DNA of 64,000 nucleotides. It comes from Anaeromyxobacteraceae bacterium. GTDB taxonomy: Bacteria > Myxococcota > Myxococcia > Myxococcales > Anaeromyxobacteraceae. Below the pieces are notes generated by a model. That model was not told where the DNA came from, made no database searches, and was given only the letters and a program-made list of their open reading frames with translations. Every line of letters starts with the position of its first letter. Within the stretch, counting starts at the first letter, position 1. The stretch lies in contig JAULAX010000015.1 of NCBI GenBank assembly GCA_032654565.1, positions 640,001 through 704,000 on the forward strand, written 5' to 3'. The translations under genes were made by a program, and so were the position numbers. Of this stretch, positions 1 through 9,219 are shown piece by piece.

Positions 1-388
1 TGGCGAGGTCGAAGCGGGCGCCGTGGAAGGGGAGGGCCATGGCGTCGGCCTGCGAGGCCGGCAGGCCGGTCTTCTCGACGCCGCGCCGGAGCATCTGGAA
101 GGAGAAGTCGGCGCCCACCACGCGCAGGCCGGGGGTGGCCCGGTGGGCCAGGTCGGCCACGTCCATGGTGCCGGCGCAGAGGTCGAGCAGCGCCTCGCCG
201 TCCCGGGGCGCCAGCTCCTGGAGCAGCCGACGCCGCCAGGCCTGGTCCACCTTGAGCGTCATGACCCGGTTGAGCAGGTCGTAGCGCGGGGCGATGCGGT
301 CGAACATGGCGCGCACGGCGCTGCCGCGCTGGCCGCCCAGCCCCTCGCCCGGCAGGGGGACGTTGCCCAGGGGAGGGACGGTGGTCAC
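1..388 (-). CDS. ubiE: UbiE/MenG-family ubiquinone/menaquinone C-methyltransferase (3' part runs off window)
   Basis: Manual translation from GTG at 388 (overlaps ubiD stop): VRAMFDRIAPRYDLLNRVMTLKVDQAWRR...LLDLCAGTMD, the typical UbiE N-terminus and SAM motif I. Confidence 0.9.
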   Translation of the reverse strand, partial: MTTVPPLGNVPLPGEGLGGQRGSAVRAMFDRIAPRYDLLNRVMTLKVDQAWRRRLLQELAPRDGEALLDLCAGTMDVADLAHRATPGLRVVGADFSFQMLRRGVEKTGLPASQADAMALPFHGARFDLA

Positions 389-1911
389 TGGAGGATGCCG
401 CCCTTCCGCGGCGTCCAGGAGGCGGCGGGCGGGGCGGCGATCCGCGGCCGGCGCAGCGGCGGGGCGCCCGGGACCAGCCGGGCGTAGAGCGCGTCCGTGC
501 GGGCCAGCACCTCGTCGGGGTGGACGCAGACCTCGGGCCACTCCCGTCCGCCCTCCTCGATCCACTTGCGGGTGGCGTCGACGCCGATCTTGCCGCCGTA
601 GGCGAAGTGGGCGGCGGCGTGGTCGAGCACGTCGACCGGCCCCTCGGAGAGCACCAGGTCGCGGCGCACGTCGACGTTGGCGAAGGCGCGCCAGGCGGCC
701 TGGCTGACGTCCTGCACGTCGACGTCGGCGTCGAAGACCACCAGCGTCTTGGTCTGGGCCATCTGCCCGGAGCCCCACAGGCCGTGGATCACCTTCTTGG
801 CCTGGCCGGGGTGCTCCTTCTTGATGGAGACGAGGCAGAGGTTGTGGAAGACCCCCTCCACCGGCATGCAGTAGTCGACGATCTCCGGGGCGATCACCTG
901 CAGCAGCGGCAGGAAGAGCCGCTCGGTGGCCTTGCCGAGCCACTGGTCCTCGACCGGCGGCGGCCCCACCACGGTGGCCGGGTAGACGGCGTCCCGGCGG
1001 TGGGTGATGGCCACCACGTCCATGGCCGGGTAGTCGTCGGCCAGCGAGTAGAAGCCGGTGTGGTCGCCGAAGGGCCCCTCGCGCACCAGCGGCGCCGAGG
1101 TGTCGACGAACCCCTCGATGACGATGTCGGCGTCGGCGGGGACCTCGAGGCCGGTGGCGACGCCCTTCACCATGCGCACCCCCTCGCCGCGCAGGAAGCC
1201 GGCGAAGAGGTACTCGTCGATGCCGGGCGGCAGCGGCGCCGAGGCGCAGTAGGTGAGGGCCGGGTCGCCGCCCAGGGCGATGGCCACCGGCATCCGCTCG
1301 CCGCGCTTCTGGTACTCGCGGTAGTGGGCGGTGGCGGTCTTGTGGAGCTGCCAGTGCATGGCCAGGCGGTGCGGGCCGAGCACCTGCAGCCGGTACATGC
1401 CGACGTTGCGCAGCCCCTTCTCCGGGTCGCGGGTGATCACCTGCGGCAGGGTGATGAAGGGGCCGCCGTCGTGGGGCCAGGTGGTGAGCACCGGCAGGAT
1501 GGAGAGGTCGGCGGCGGCGCCGGTCAGCACCACCTCCTGGCAGGGGCCGCTCCCCACCAGCTTCGGCCCCATGGTGGCCAGCTTGCCGAGGGTGGGCAGC
1601 AGCTTGACCTTGTCCCAGAAGGTCTTGGGGGGCGCGGTCTTGAGCAGCGCCCCGAGCGCCGCGGCGTGCTCCTCGAAGTCCTCGCAGGAGAGGGCCCAGG
1701 AGGTGCGCCGGCGGGTGCCGAAGAGGTTCATGGCCACCGGGAACTTGCCGGTGGAGGGCTGCTCGAAGAGCAGGGCCGGCCCGCCCTGCTTGGCGGCGCG
1801 GTCGGCCAGGGCGGCCATGTCGAGCTCCAGGTCGACCCGCTCGCGGACGCGGACCAGCTCCCCCGACCGCTCGACGCGGTCGAGGAACTCCCTGAGCGAT
1901 GAATAGGGCAT
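385..1911 (-). CDS. ubiD: UbiD-family (menaquinone biosynthesis) decarboxylase
   Basis: MPYSSLREFL start, RNVGMYR, EGPFGDHTGFYS and GKIGVDAT motifs; start trimmed to ATG 1911. Confidence 0.9.
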   Translation of the reverse strand: MPYSSLREFLDRVERSGELVRVRERVDLELDMAALADRAAKQGGPALLFEQPSTGKFPVAMNLFGTRRRTSWALSCEDFEEHAAALGALLKTAPPKTFWDKVKLLPTLGKLATMGPKLVGSGPCQEVVLTGAAADLSILPVLTTWPHDGGPFITLPQVITRDPEKGLRNVGMYRLQVLGPHRLAMHWQLHKTATAHYREYQKRGERMPVAIALGGDPALTYCASAPLPPGIDEYLFAGFLRGEGVRMVKGVATGLEVPADADIVIEGFVDTSAPLVREGPFGDHTGFYSLADDYPAMDVVAITHRRDAVYPATVVGPPPVEDQWLGKATERLFLPLLQVIAPEIVDYCMPVEGVFHNLCLVSIKKEHPGQAKKVIHGLWGSGQMAQTKTLVVFDADVDVQDVSQAAWRAFANVDVRRDLVLSEGPVDVLDHAAAHFAYGGKIGVDATRKWIEEGGREWPEVCVHPDEVLARTDALYARLVPGAPPLRRPRIAAPPAASWTPRKGGILQ

Positions 1912-1979
1912 GGCGCGCGGATCTCTACCCCGCCCGGCGCCTTGTTTCAACGCTGGTTGGGGTGCTAGATGCTCCCGCC

Positions 1980-2258
1980 ATGACCGAACGGATCGCCCGC
2001 GCCCGCGGACTCGTCGAGCGCGCGCTCCGCGACGTCGAGGCGGAGCTGGCTTCCCCGCGCTGCGGGCTCTGTCCGGCGCAGCTCGGCACCTGCCGGGACA
2101 CGCTGCGGGACTACGTGGCGGCGCTGGAGAGCGGAGACTTGCCCCCCCGGAAGGACCGCTCCGAGCGGCTCTGCAAGCTGGTCATCGACGGCTGGCCGTT
2201 CGACGCCCCGCTGGCCGGGACGGTGCTGGCGGCCGAGCGGGCCTTCCGGACGGTGTAA
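1980..2258 (+). CDS. small hypothetical protein (92 aa, CxxC...C)
   Basis: ATG 1980, GC3-rich codon use, fills the gap between divergent and convergent genes. Confidence 0.6.
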   Translation: MTERIARARGLVERALRDVEAELASPRCGLCPAQLGTCRDTLRDYVAALESGDLPPRKDRSERLCKLVIDGWPFDAPLAGTVLAAERAFRTV

Positions 2259-2309
2259 CCCCCCCCGATGTACCGGTGGCGGGGAGTCGCCTGCGCCGCG
2301 ACCTGGAGC

Positions 2310-3356
2310 TCAGAACGCCCGCTCGGTGAGCGAGCGGGCCGCCTCGGCCAGCGCTCGCCGGTGCGGGCCGTCGGGGAGCGCCTCCAGCGCCGCCATCCCG
2401 GCCGCGGTCCGCTCCCGGGCCATGGCCCGGGCCGCCTCGACCCCGCCGGAGACCCGCACCGCCTCGATCACCTCGCCGGCCACGGCGTCGCCGTCGGCCT
2501 GGCCGTCGAGCAGCAGCTGGAGCCGGGCGCGCAGCGCCGGCTGGGCCTCGAGGGCGCGGATCAGCGGCAGCGTCGCCTTCCCCTCCAGCAGGTCGGCGCC
2601 GAGCTTCTTCCCCAGCACCCCCGGGTCGGCGGCGTAGTCGAGGGCGTCGTCCACCAGCTGGAAGGCGACGCCGATCCCCTCGCCGAAGCGGACCAGCGCT
2701 TCGGGGATCTCCCCCTCGACGCCGGCCGCCCAGGCCCCGGCCGCGGCCCCCCAGCCGAAGAGCGAGGCGGTCTTGCCGGTCACCACCTGCAGGTAGGTGG
2801 CCTCGGTGGCGGCGAAGGTGCCGCGGAAGGTGAGCTGCAGCACCTCGCCCTCCACCAGGCGCCGCATGGTGCCGAGCAGCGGCAGCAGCGCCAGGCGGGC
2901 GGCCGGGGCGGTGGCCACGATCTCCAGGGCCCGGGTCAGCAGCCAGTCGCCGGCCAGCACCGAGACCGAGTTGCCCCAGATGACGCGCGAGGCCGGCTGG
3001 CCGCGGCGCATGGGGCCGTCGTCGATGACGTCGTCGTGGAGCAGGGTGGCCGAGTGGGTCAGCTCGGCGGCCACCGCGTAGGGGATGGCGGCGGCCAGCG
3101 GCCCGCCGTTGGCCCCGCAGGCCAGCAGCGAGACCAGCGGGCGGATGCGCTTGCCGCCGGCCGAGACCAGGTGGCGGGCCGCGGCCTGGAGCCGGGCCTC
3201 GGCGTCGTCGGTGGCGCTGGTGAGCCGCTGCTCCAGCGCCGCCAGCGTCTCGGCGAGCTCGGGCACCTCGGCCAGCGCCGCCTGGGCGCGCTCCGGGCGC
3301 ACGCCGCGCTCGGCGCTCCCGGTGAGCTGCGCGACGATGTCGTGGTCAGAGGCCAT
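2310..3356 (-). CDS. polyprenyl diphosphate synthase (IspB/HepT-like)
   Basis: GGKRIRP, LLHDDVID...RRG and FQLVDDALD aspartate-rich motifs. Confidence 0.95.
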   Translation of the reverse strand: MASDHDIVAQLTGSAERGVRPERAQAALAEVPELAETLAALEQRLTSATDDAEARLQAAARHLVSAGGKRIRPLVSLLACGANGGPLAAAIPYAVAAELTHSATLLHDDVIDDGPMRRGQPASRVIWGNSVSVLAGDWLLTRALEIVATAPAARLALLPLLGTMRRLVEGEVLQLTFRGTFAATEATYLQVVTGKTASLFGWGAAAGAWAAGVEGEIPEALVRFGEGIGVAFQLVDDALDYAADPGVLGKKLGADLLEGKATLPLIRALEAQPALRARLQLLLDGQADGDAVAGEVIEAVRVSGGVEAARAMARERTAAGMAALEALPDGPHRRALAEAARSLTERAF

Positions 3357-3443
3357 GCGCGGCGGGCGCTCCGTGAGGGGCGGGGGAGGAGGCCGGGCTA
3401 TAGCGCGCCGCCGCGGCGACGGTCAACGAACCGCCGGCGTGGC

Positions 3444-4022
3444 TCAGCGCATGCCGAGGGCCTGCAGGTCGCCCCGGACCGTGGCCCAGAGCGCCTCCAC
3501 CTTCTCGCGGTTGGCCTTGTAGAGGGCGGTGAAGCCGGCGTTGGACCGGTCGGCCGGCACCGGGTGGCCGGCCTGTTCGGCGAAGAGCTGCACCCCGGTC
3601 ATCTGCACCACCGTGGGGATCAACACGAAGTCGTGGCCGGTCAGCTGGTGCCGGTCGAGGATCGCCTTGAGCCTCGGCTGGCGGCCGAGTTGCTCTCCCG
3701 ACTCGGTGAAGCTGGCCTTCTCGGGCACCTTCTTGCGAAGGTCGGCCATCAGCGTCGGGTCCTTGTCGTTCTCCTGCCGGAGCTGGTGCACCGCCGCCGC
3801 GTAGCGGTCGAGCTTGGCGAGATCGAGCGGGTAGGCGACGAACGCCTTGGTGTAGTCGTCGGGCGGCGACTGCCGGATGGTCACGGTGGTCGGCTCGGTC
3901 GGCTTGGCGGCCGGGGCTGCGGGGGCCTGCCTGGCCGGGACCTGCTTGGCGGGGGGCTTTGCGGGAGGTTCGGCGCGGGCGAGGGTGGCGGCGGCGAGCA
4001 GGGCGAGCGGGAGCAGCTTCAT
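3444..4022 (-). CDS. hypothetical secreted protein
   Basis: Signal peptide MKLLPLALLAAATLARA, Pro/Ala/Lys linker, then globular region; GAGG RBS upstream. Confidence 0.75.
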   Translation of the reverse strand: MKLLPLALLAAATLARAEPPAKPPAKQVPARQAPAAPAAKPTEPTTVTIRQSPPDDYTKAFVAYPLDLAKLDRYAAAVHQLRQENDKDPTLMADLRKKVPEKASFTESGEQLGRQPRLKAILDRHQLTGHDFVLIPTVVQMTGVQLFAEQAGHPVPADRSNAGFTALYKANREKVEALWATVRGDLQALGMR

Positions 4023-4048
4023 GGCGGACCTCGGGAGGTGGGGGTTGA

Positions 4049-4867
4049 TCAGCTGAGGGGAGGCGGGCGCGCGAAGCGGGCGTGGGTGGCCACCCGGGCC
4101 ACCTGCTCGGCCACGGCGCGGAGCACGGCCGGGTCGCCGAGCGCCACCTGGCAGCCGAAGAGGAGCCCGGCCGGCGTGACCAGCAGGCCGAAGCCGCGGC
4201 GGGCCTGCTGCTCGGCCCGGGTGCCCTCCGGCCGGTGGAGCGCCTCGAGGAGCGCCGCGCCCTGCGGATCGAGCAGCCTCGCGGCCAGCGCCGCGTCGGT
4301 GGAGAGCGCGAAGAGACCGTCGGGCGCCGCGGGGCAGGCCGCGCCGGCCAGGTTGACCAGCGGCCGGTGCTCGGCGCCGAAGTAGCCGGTGACGTAGAGG
4401 TCGAGGATCCCCTCGGAGGCCCGCGCGGCCAGCCCGGCCAGCAGGCCCGAGCCGGGGGCGGCCGGCGGAGGCACCTTCACCCCAGGTGGCAGCGCCATGA
4501 CCAGCAGGAAGCTGCCGGGGGTGGCGGCGAGGGCGGGGAAGGTGATGCGGGTCCGCTGGCTGCGGGAACGGCGCGGGCCGTCCTGGTCGACGTCGAGTTC
4601 CGCCTCCACGCTGGCCGTCCAGGCCAGGCCAGCGCTGGAGCCGGAGAAGACGTGGGCGCCGAGCGGCGCGGCGGCGGCGGCCGGGCTCTGGCCCGGCGCG
4701 GCCTCCCCGGTGGCCGGCTCGTAGCGGAGCCCCCGCGAGGCGGCCTCGACGCGGAGCCGCTCGGCCTCGGCGGTGCGGCGCCCGGCCCCCAGCCGGCGCA
4801 GCAGCGGCCCGACGAAGAAGGAGAGCAGGGTGAGCCCGATGGCGACGTAGAGCAGGTCGTCGAACAT
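4049..4867 (-). CDS. hypothetical membrane-anchored protein
   Basis: N-terminal TM MFDDLLYVAIGLTLLSFFVGPLL; co-oriented with the next gene. Confidence 0.7.
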   Translation of the reverse strand: MFDDLLYVAIGLTLLSFFVGPLLRRLGAGRRTAEAERLRVEAASRGLRYEPATGEAAPGQSPAAAAAPLGAHVFSGSSAGLAWTASVEAELDVDQDGPRRSRSQRTRITFPALAATPGSFLLVMALPPGVKVPPPAAPGSGLLAGLAARASEGILDLYVTGYFGAEHRPLVNLAGAACPAAPDGLFALSTDAALAARLLDPQGAALLEALHRPEGTRAEQQARRGFGLLVTPAGLLFGCQVALGDPAVLRAVAEQVARVATHARFARPPPLS

Positions 4868-5034
4868 GGCCGGTGACCCTATGGGCTCTTGGGGTGGCGC
4901 CGCAAGCCCACGCCACCGGGACAGCCCGGGGGGCCCGGCCGCGCCGGGAGGATCAATGAATTTGACGGTGGGGCCGCTCGTCGTGTGGAATGCCGCACCC
5001 AACGGGCACCCTGCCCATAAACCAAAGGCCACCC

Positions 5035-5334
5035 ATGAAGACCGCCTCCGCCGTCCTCGCCGCCGCGCTGTTCGCCGCCCCCGCCTTCGCCGCCGATGCG
5101 CCGGTCACCCCCGCCAAGCCGGCCGCCAACTCGCCGGCCAAGGCCGCTCCCGCGGGCGCCACCAAGGCGGCCAAGGCCGGCATGGAGCTGCCCACCAACG
5201 ACACGGCCGGCAAGAAGGGCGTGACCGCCACCGCCGCCGGCTCGGCCTCCCCGGCCGCCGCCAAGGCCGCCGCGGTCGGCATGGAGCGGAGCGCCGGCGA
5301 GGAGCGCCCGGCCCCGGCCAAGGCGGCCAAGTAG
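5035..5334 (+). CDS. small secreted Ala/Lys/Pro-rich low-complexity protein
   Basis: Signal peptide MKTASAVLAAALFAAPAFA followed by AKPAA-type repeats; upstream TTGACG-18-TGGAAT promoter-like sequence. Confidence 0.75.
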   Translation: MKTASAVLAAALFAAPAFAADAPVTPAKPAANSPAKAAPAGATKAAKAGMELPTNDTAGKKGVTATAAGSASPAAAKAAAVGMERSAGEERPAPAKAAK

Positions 5335-5349
5335 ACGAACCACACCCCA

Positions 5350-5391
5350 CCGGCGCCGGTCCGCTCCCTCCCCGGGATGCGGCCGGCGCCG
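5350..5391 (+). terminator. GC-rich hairpin downstream of the small secreted gene
   Basis: cggcgccggtccgc ... gcggccggcgccg inverted repeat; no U tract. Confidence 0.4.
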
Positions 5392-5549
5392 TGTCGTCTC
5401 AAGTCGCCGCGCCACCGGCGCCAGCCCGGCCGTCCCGCATTCCGGGGACAGGAGGCGAGAGCGATTGTCACGCTCCGTCCGATGCCGGCCTGCTATCCCT
5501 GTTGAACACAGCGCAAACGGGGGCCGGCTCGGCCCCGGGACAGGTCCGA

Positions 5550-8500
5550 ATGCCCCGCCACGATCGCCCCTTCGCCTCCCTCGCCCTGCTGGCCGTCGCC
5601 CTGGCCGGCCCCGTCGTGCTGGCGGGCTGCTCCAGGCTGAAGCCGGCGGGGGCCATCACCATCCGGCTCCAGGGGCACGGCAACGGCGTGGTGGAGGTCT
5701 ACGGCTCGGGCTCGGGATCCTTCGCCAACGCCCTGCACATCAAGACCTGCTACCTCTCCAGCAACATCTACCACCCGGAGGAGCGCGAGTGCAGCGTCTA
5801 CCTGGGTGACTCGCTCAACGCCGGCGACTTCATCCACCTCCAGTCGCGGGGCAGCGATCCCTACATCCACCTGACCTTCCAGGAGCCGGGCCTGCCGGCG
5901 GTGATGCGTGGCGGCAGTCACGTCATCCGCGCCACGGCCGAGCCTCACCTCGTCGGAGTCACCTACATGGCCTCCGTCCAGGTCGGCACCCACATGGTCC
6001 GGGTGGGGAGGACCGGGGCCGGCGGCTCCGGGCTGATCAAGAGCACGCCCCAGGGGATCCTCTGCCGGCTCGAGGCCGGCGGCCTCGACTCCGGCTTCTG
6101 CCTCATGGAGCTCCCCGCCGGCACGCGGGTCGAGCTGACCGCCGAGCCCGACCTGAACGCCGAGGTGACGGGCTACAACATCGCCGGCTTCTACGACGGA
6201 GCCGGCATCTCCCGAAGCCGCTGCGCCGGCCCGACCTGCGCGTTCACGGTCGACGACGACCTGAGGATCGATGCCCAGCTCGCCACCGTGGCCACCCTGG
6301 CCATCGACTGCGCCGGCGGCGCCGGACGGGTCGTCGGGTCCGCGGCCGGCATCGCCTGTGAGTGCTCGGCCACCGGCAGCGGCCGCGGCACCTGCCGGGC
6401 GGCCAACCTCGCTGGCCGTTCGGTGACGCTGGTGGCCATGCCGTCGACCGCCGCTCCGTTCGAGGGCTGGACCGTCTCGAACGCCCCTGGCCTCTGCCCG
6501 GCCTCGGCCGGGACCAGCTGCGCGCTCACGGTCCCGGAGGGCAGCACCACCGTCTCGGCCAAGTTCGGCCCGAAGCGGCAGCCGGTCCTCCGGATCGAGG
6601 GGGCCGGCGGCGCCGGGAGGGTCACCGTCGGGATGACCGGGCTCGACTGCGTGCTGTCCGGTGCGGGACCGGGCACCGGGACCTGCGCGGTGTCGCTCTC
6701 CGCCAGCTATGGGATCGTCTACGCCGGGTTCGCTCCCGCGGCCGGCTTCCTCTTCGAGAGCCTCACCGGCCTGGAGGGGCTCGGCGGCAACTGCCTGACC
6801 GAGTACTGCAGCTTCATCCTGCCGATGGACGACACCACCCTCCGGGTCAAGTTCCGCCCGGCCGACTGGCCGCGCCTGTCGATTGCGCCTGGCGGCGGAG
6901 ACGGCCTGGTGACCGGGGCGTCCCGCGGCATCGCCTGCGCCCTCGCCGGCACCGGCTCCTCGGGAGCCTGCGGCGCCTGGGTCGAGCCCGGCGCGCCGGT
7001 CACGCTCGCCGCGCTCTCCGCCACCGGCTTCGCCTTCTCCAGCTGGAGCTTCCTGCCTGCCGACCTCGCCACCAGCTGCATCGGCTCGAGCTGCAGCTAC
7101 ACCCCCGCCGTGGGCGTTCCGGTGATCGCCACGGCCACCTTCGTCCCAGGCGCGTCCGCCCTGCGCCGCCTCAGCGTCTCGGGCACGGATCTGCTCGCCG
7201 GAGAAGGCACGGTGACCGGGGACGTGGGGGGGATCTCCTGCACCGTCACCGGGTCGTTTGGCGGGAATGGAACCTGCGGCGTCGACCTGCCCGACGGCAC
7301 GGTGGTGATGCTCAGCGCGACCCCGGCCGCCGGGAGCAGCTTCAACGGCTGGTCGATCCACCCCCCGCCGGCCGTCAGGTGCACCATCCTCGACACCACC
7401 TGCGCGGTGACCCTCACGGCCGACACCCACGTCGTCGCCGGCTTCGACGGGCTCCCCAGGGTGCGGCTCTCCATCGAGGGAACGACCACCTCCGGCACCG
7501 GCAGGGTGACCGGCGACGTGGGCGGCCTCGACTGCGCGGTGACCGGTTCGACCGTGAGCGGCACCTGCCAGACCGCCGTGCAGGTCGGCGCCCCGGTGGT
7601 CCTCACCGCGATCCCGGCCGCCGGCTTCACCTTCTCCGGCTGGTCCTTCACGCCGGCCGACCTCGCCACCAGCTGCCTCGGCTCCAGCTGCACCGTCACG
7701 CCCGCGGCGGGCGCCCAGGTGGTGGCCACGCCCACCTTCGTGCCCATCGTGACCACCACGCGCCACCTCGACGTCTTCGGCTCGGTGCTGCTCTCCGGCG
7801 GCGGCACGGTGACCAGCGACGTGGGGGGGATCAACTGCACCTTCGGCGGCTCCTCGGTCGGCACCGGCACCTGCGGCGCCGACCTGCCCGACGGCACGGT
7901 GGTGACGCTCAGCGCCACCGCCGCCGCGGGGAGCAGCTTCGCCAGCTGGGACGTCCAGCCGCTGCAGGTCGTCCCCTGCACCGCCGGCGCCAAGAGCTGC
8001 GCGGTGACTCTCACCGCCAACACCACCGTCACCGCCGCCTTCGACCGGCTCCCGGCCGTGCGGCTCGTCATCGAGGGGGCCACCGCCTCCGGGAGCGGCA
8101 CCGTCACCAGCGACGTCGGCGGGATCTCCTGCACCGTCTCCGGCTCCACGGTCGGAACCGGCGCCTGCGAAGCCATGGTACCGCCCGGCATGGTGGTGAC
8201 GCTCACCGCCACCCCCGCCGCCGGCAGCGGCCCTGCCAGCTGGACCGGCTGGCCGGCGCCGGCCGGCGCCTGCGCCCCCGGCCCCACCTGCGTCGTGACC
8301 GTGACCGCCGCCAGCACGGTCCAGGTCGGGTTCGACCAGCTCCCCACGGTGCGGCTCACGGTGGACGGCGGCGTCACCGGGTCGCCGGGCATGCCCGGCG
8401 GGCGCGTCACCAGCGACGTGGGTGGCATCGACTGCACGCCGTACGGCTACCGGGTCGAGGGGACCTGCACCGCCGACGTCGCCCCCGGCACGCTGGTGAC

Positions 8501-8984
8501 GCTGACCGCCATACCCAGCGGCAGCTATCTCTTCGAGTCGATCAGCTACTCGACCGGGCAGCCTGCTTGCACCTCGTCGCCCTGCCAGGTCACGGTGAGC
8601 GCCGCGACCACGGCCACCGCGGCCTTCGCCGCGCCGCCGCCCACCCGGACGGTGACCATCACCGCCGGCGGCTGGGACACCTCCGTCACCCCGGCCGCCG
8701 AGCTGACCACCGCCGGTGAGGCGGGGACCATCGTGGCCACCTCGGCAGGTGCCAGCTGTGACTTCACCACCTGCGCCGCACCCAACGCGCCCTACCTCCC
8801 CGGCGCCGTGGCCTGCCGGTGCACGCCGCTGGCCTCCGCCACCGTGGTGCTCCAGGCCACCCCCAAGCCGGGCTACTCCTTCAGCGAGTGGGCCGCCGGC
8901 TGCTCCACGACCAACGGGAGCGAGTGCACCATCGACCCGAGCGGGATCCCGGCCTTCGTGAGCGCGACCTTCACGAAGCCCTGA
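5550..8984 (+). CDS. large surface lipoprotein with about 10 Cys-containing InlB B-repeat-like beta-sandwich repeats
   Basis: Lipobox LAGC; repeated GxGxVTSDVGGIxC...GTC...VTLTATPAAGxxFxxW...C...C units. Confidence 0.8.
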   Translation: MPRHDRPFASLALLAVALAGPVVLAGCSRLKPAGAITIRLQGHGNGVVEVYGSGSGSFANALHIKTCYLSSNIYHPEERECSVYLGDSLNAGDFIHLQSRGSDPYIHLTFQEPGLPAVMRGGSHVIRATAEPHLVGVTYMASVQVGTHMVRVGRTGAGGSGLIKSTPQGILCRLEAGGLDSGFCLMELPAGTRVELTAEPDLNAEVTGYNIAGFYDGAGISRSRCAGPTCAFTVDDDLRIDAQLATVATLAIDCAGGAGRVVGSAAGIACECSATGSGRGTCRAANLAGRSVTLVAMPSTAAPFEGWTVSNAPGLCPASAGTSCALTVPEGSTTVSAKFGPKRQPVLRIEGAGGAGRVTVGMTGLDCVLSGAGPGTGTCAVSLSASYGIVYAGFAPAAGFLFESLTGLEGLGGNCLTEYCSFILPMDDTTLRVKFRPADWPRLSIAPGGGDGLVTGASRGIACALAGTGSSGACGAWVEPGAPVTLAALSATGFAFSSWSFLPADLATSCIGSSCSYTPAVGVPVIATATFVPGASALRRLSVSGTDLLAGEGTVTGDVGGISCTVTGSFGGNGTCGVDLPDGTVVMLSATPAAGSSFNGWSIHPPPAVRCTILDTTCAVTLTADTHVVAGFDGLPRVRLSIEGTTTSGTGRVTGDVGGLDCAVTGSTVSGTCQTAVQVGAPVVLTAIPAAGFTFSGWSFTPADLATSCLGSSCTVTPAAGAQVVATPTFVPIVTTTRHLDVFGSVLLSGGGTVTSDVGGINCTFGGSSVGTGTCGADLPDGTVVTLSATAAAGSSFASWDVQPLQVVPCTAGAKSCAVTLTANTTVTAAFDRLPAVRLVIEGATASGSGTVTSDVGGISCTVSGSTVGTGACEAMVPPGMVVTLTATPAAGSGPASWTGWPAPAGACAPGPTCVVTVTAASTVQVGFDQLPTVRLTVDGGVTGSPGMPGGRVTSDVGGIDCTPYGYRVEGTCTADVAPGTLVTLTAIPSGSYLFESISYSTGQPACTSSPCQVTVSAATTATAAFAAPPPTRTVTITAGGWDTSVTPAAELTTAGEAGTIVATSAGASCDFTTCAAPNAPYLPGAVACRCTPLASATVVLQATPKPGYSFSEWAAGCSTTNGSECTIDPSGIPAFVSATFTKP
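7020..8050 (+). repeat. internal tandem duplication (period about 600 bp) in the lipoprotein gene
   Basis: gccgacctcgccaccagctgc near 7058 and 7655; gacctgcccgacggcacggtggtg at 7283 and 7883. Confidence 0.8.
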
Positions 8985-9142
8985 CCCGCCCGCCGAAGGA
9001 AGAGCCGCCGCCGGTGCCGTTGCTCAGGCAATCAGGAACGGGACATGCCGGCCACGGATCGGCGGTGCGCCAGCCTGGAGCGCAGGCCCGCCGATCCAGG
9101 CGACGCGCAGCGACGAGGGAATCAAACTGAACAGCCAGGATG

Positions 9143-9177
9143 AGAAGGGGGCGGACCCCTTCGGATCCGCCCCTCGT
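9143..9177. terminator. probable hairpin terminator between convergent genes
   Basis: ggggcgga ... tccgcccc stem. Confidence 0.55.
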
Positions 9178-9219
9178 TCATCCGGCCGGAGCCGGCCCTG
9201 GAGCCCCCCAGGGTGAAGA

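Noticed and set aside
4866..5549. N-terminal extension of the 1372-aa ORF
   Set aside because: It overlaps the real small gene at 5035-5334; the signal peptide and lipobox begin at ATG 5550
5335..5549. Riboswitch upstream of the surface lipoprotein
   Set aside because: No recognisable c-di-GMP or other aptamer consensus by eye; an Rfam scan would be needed
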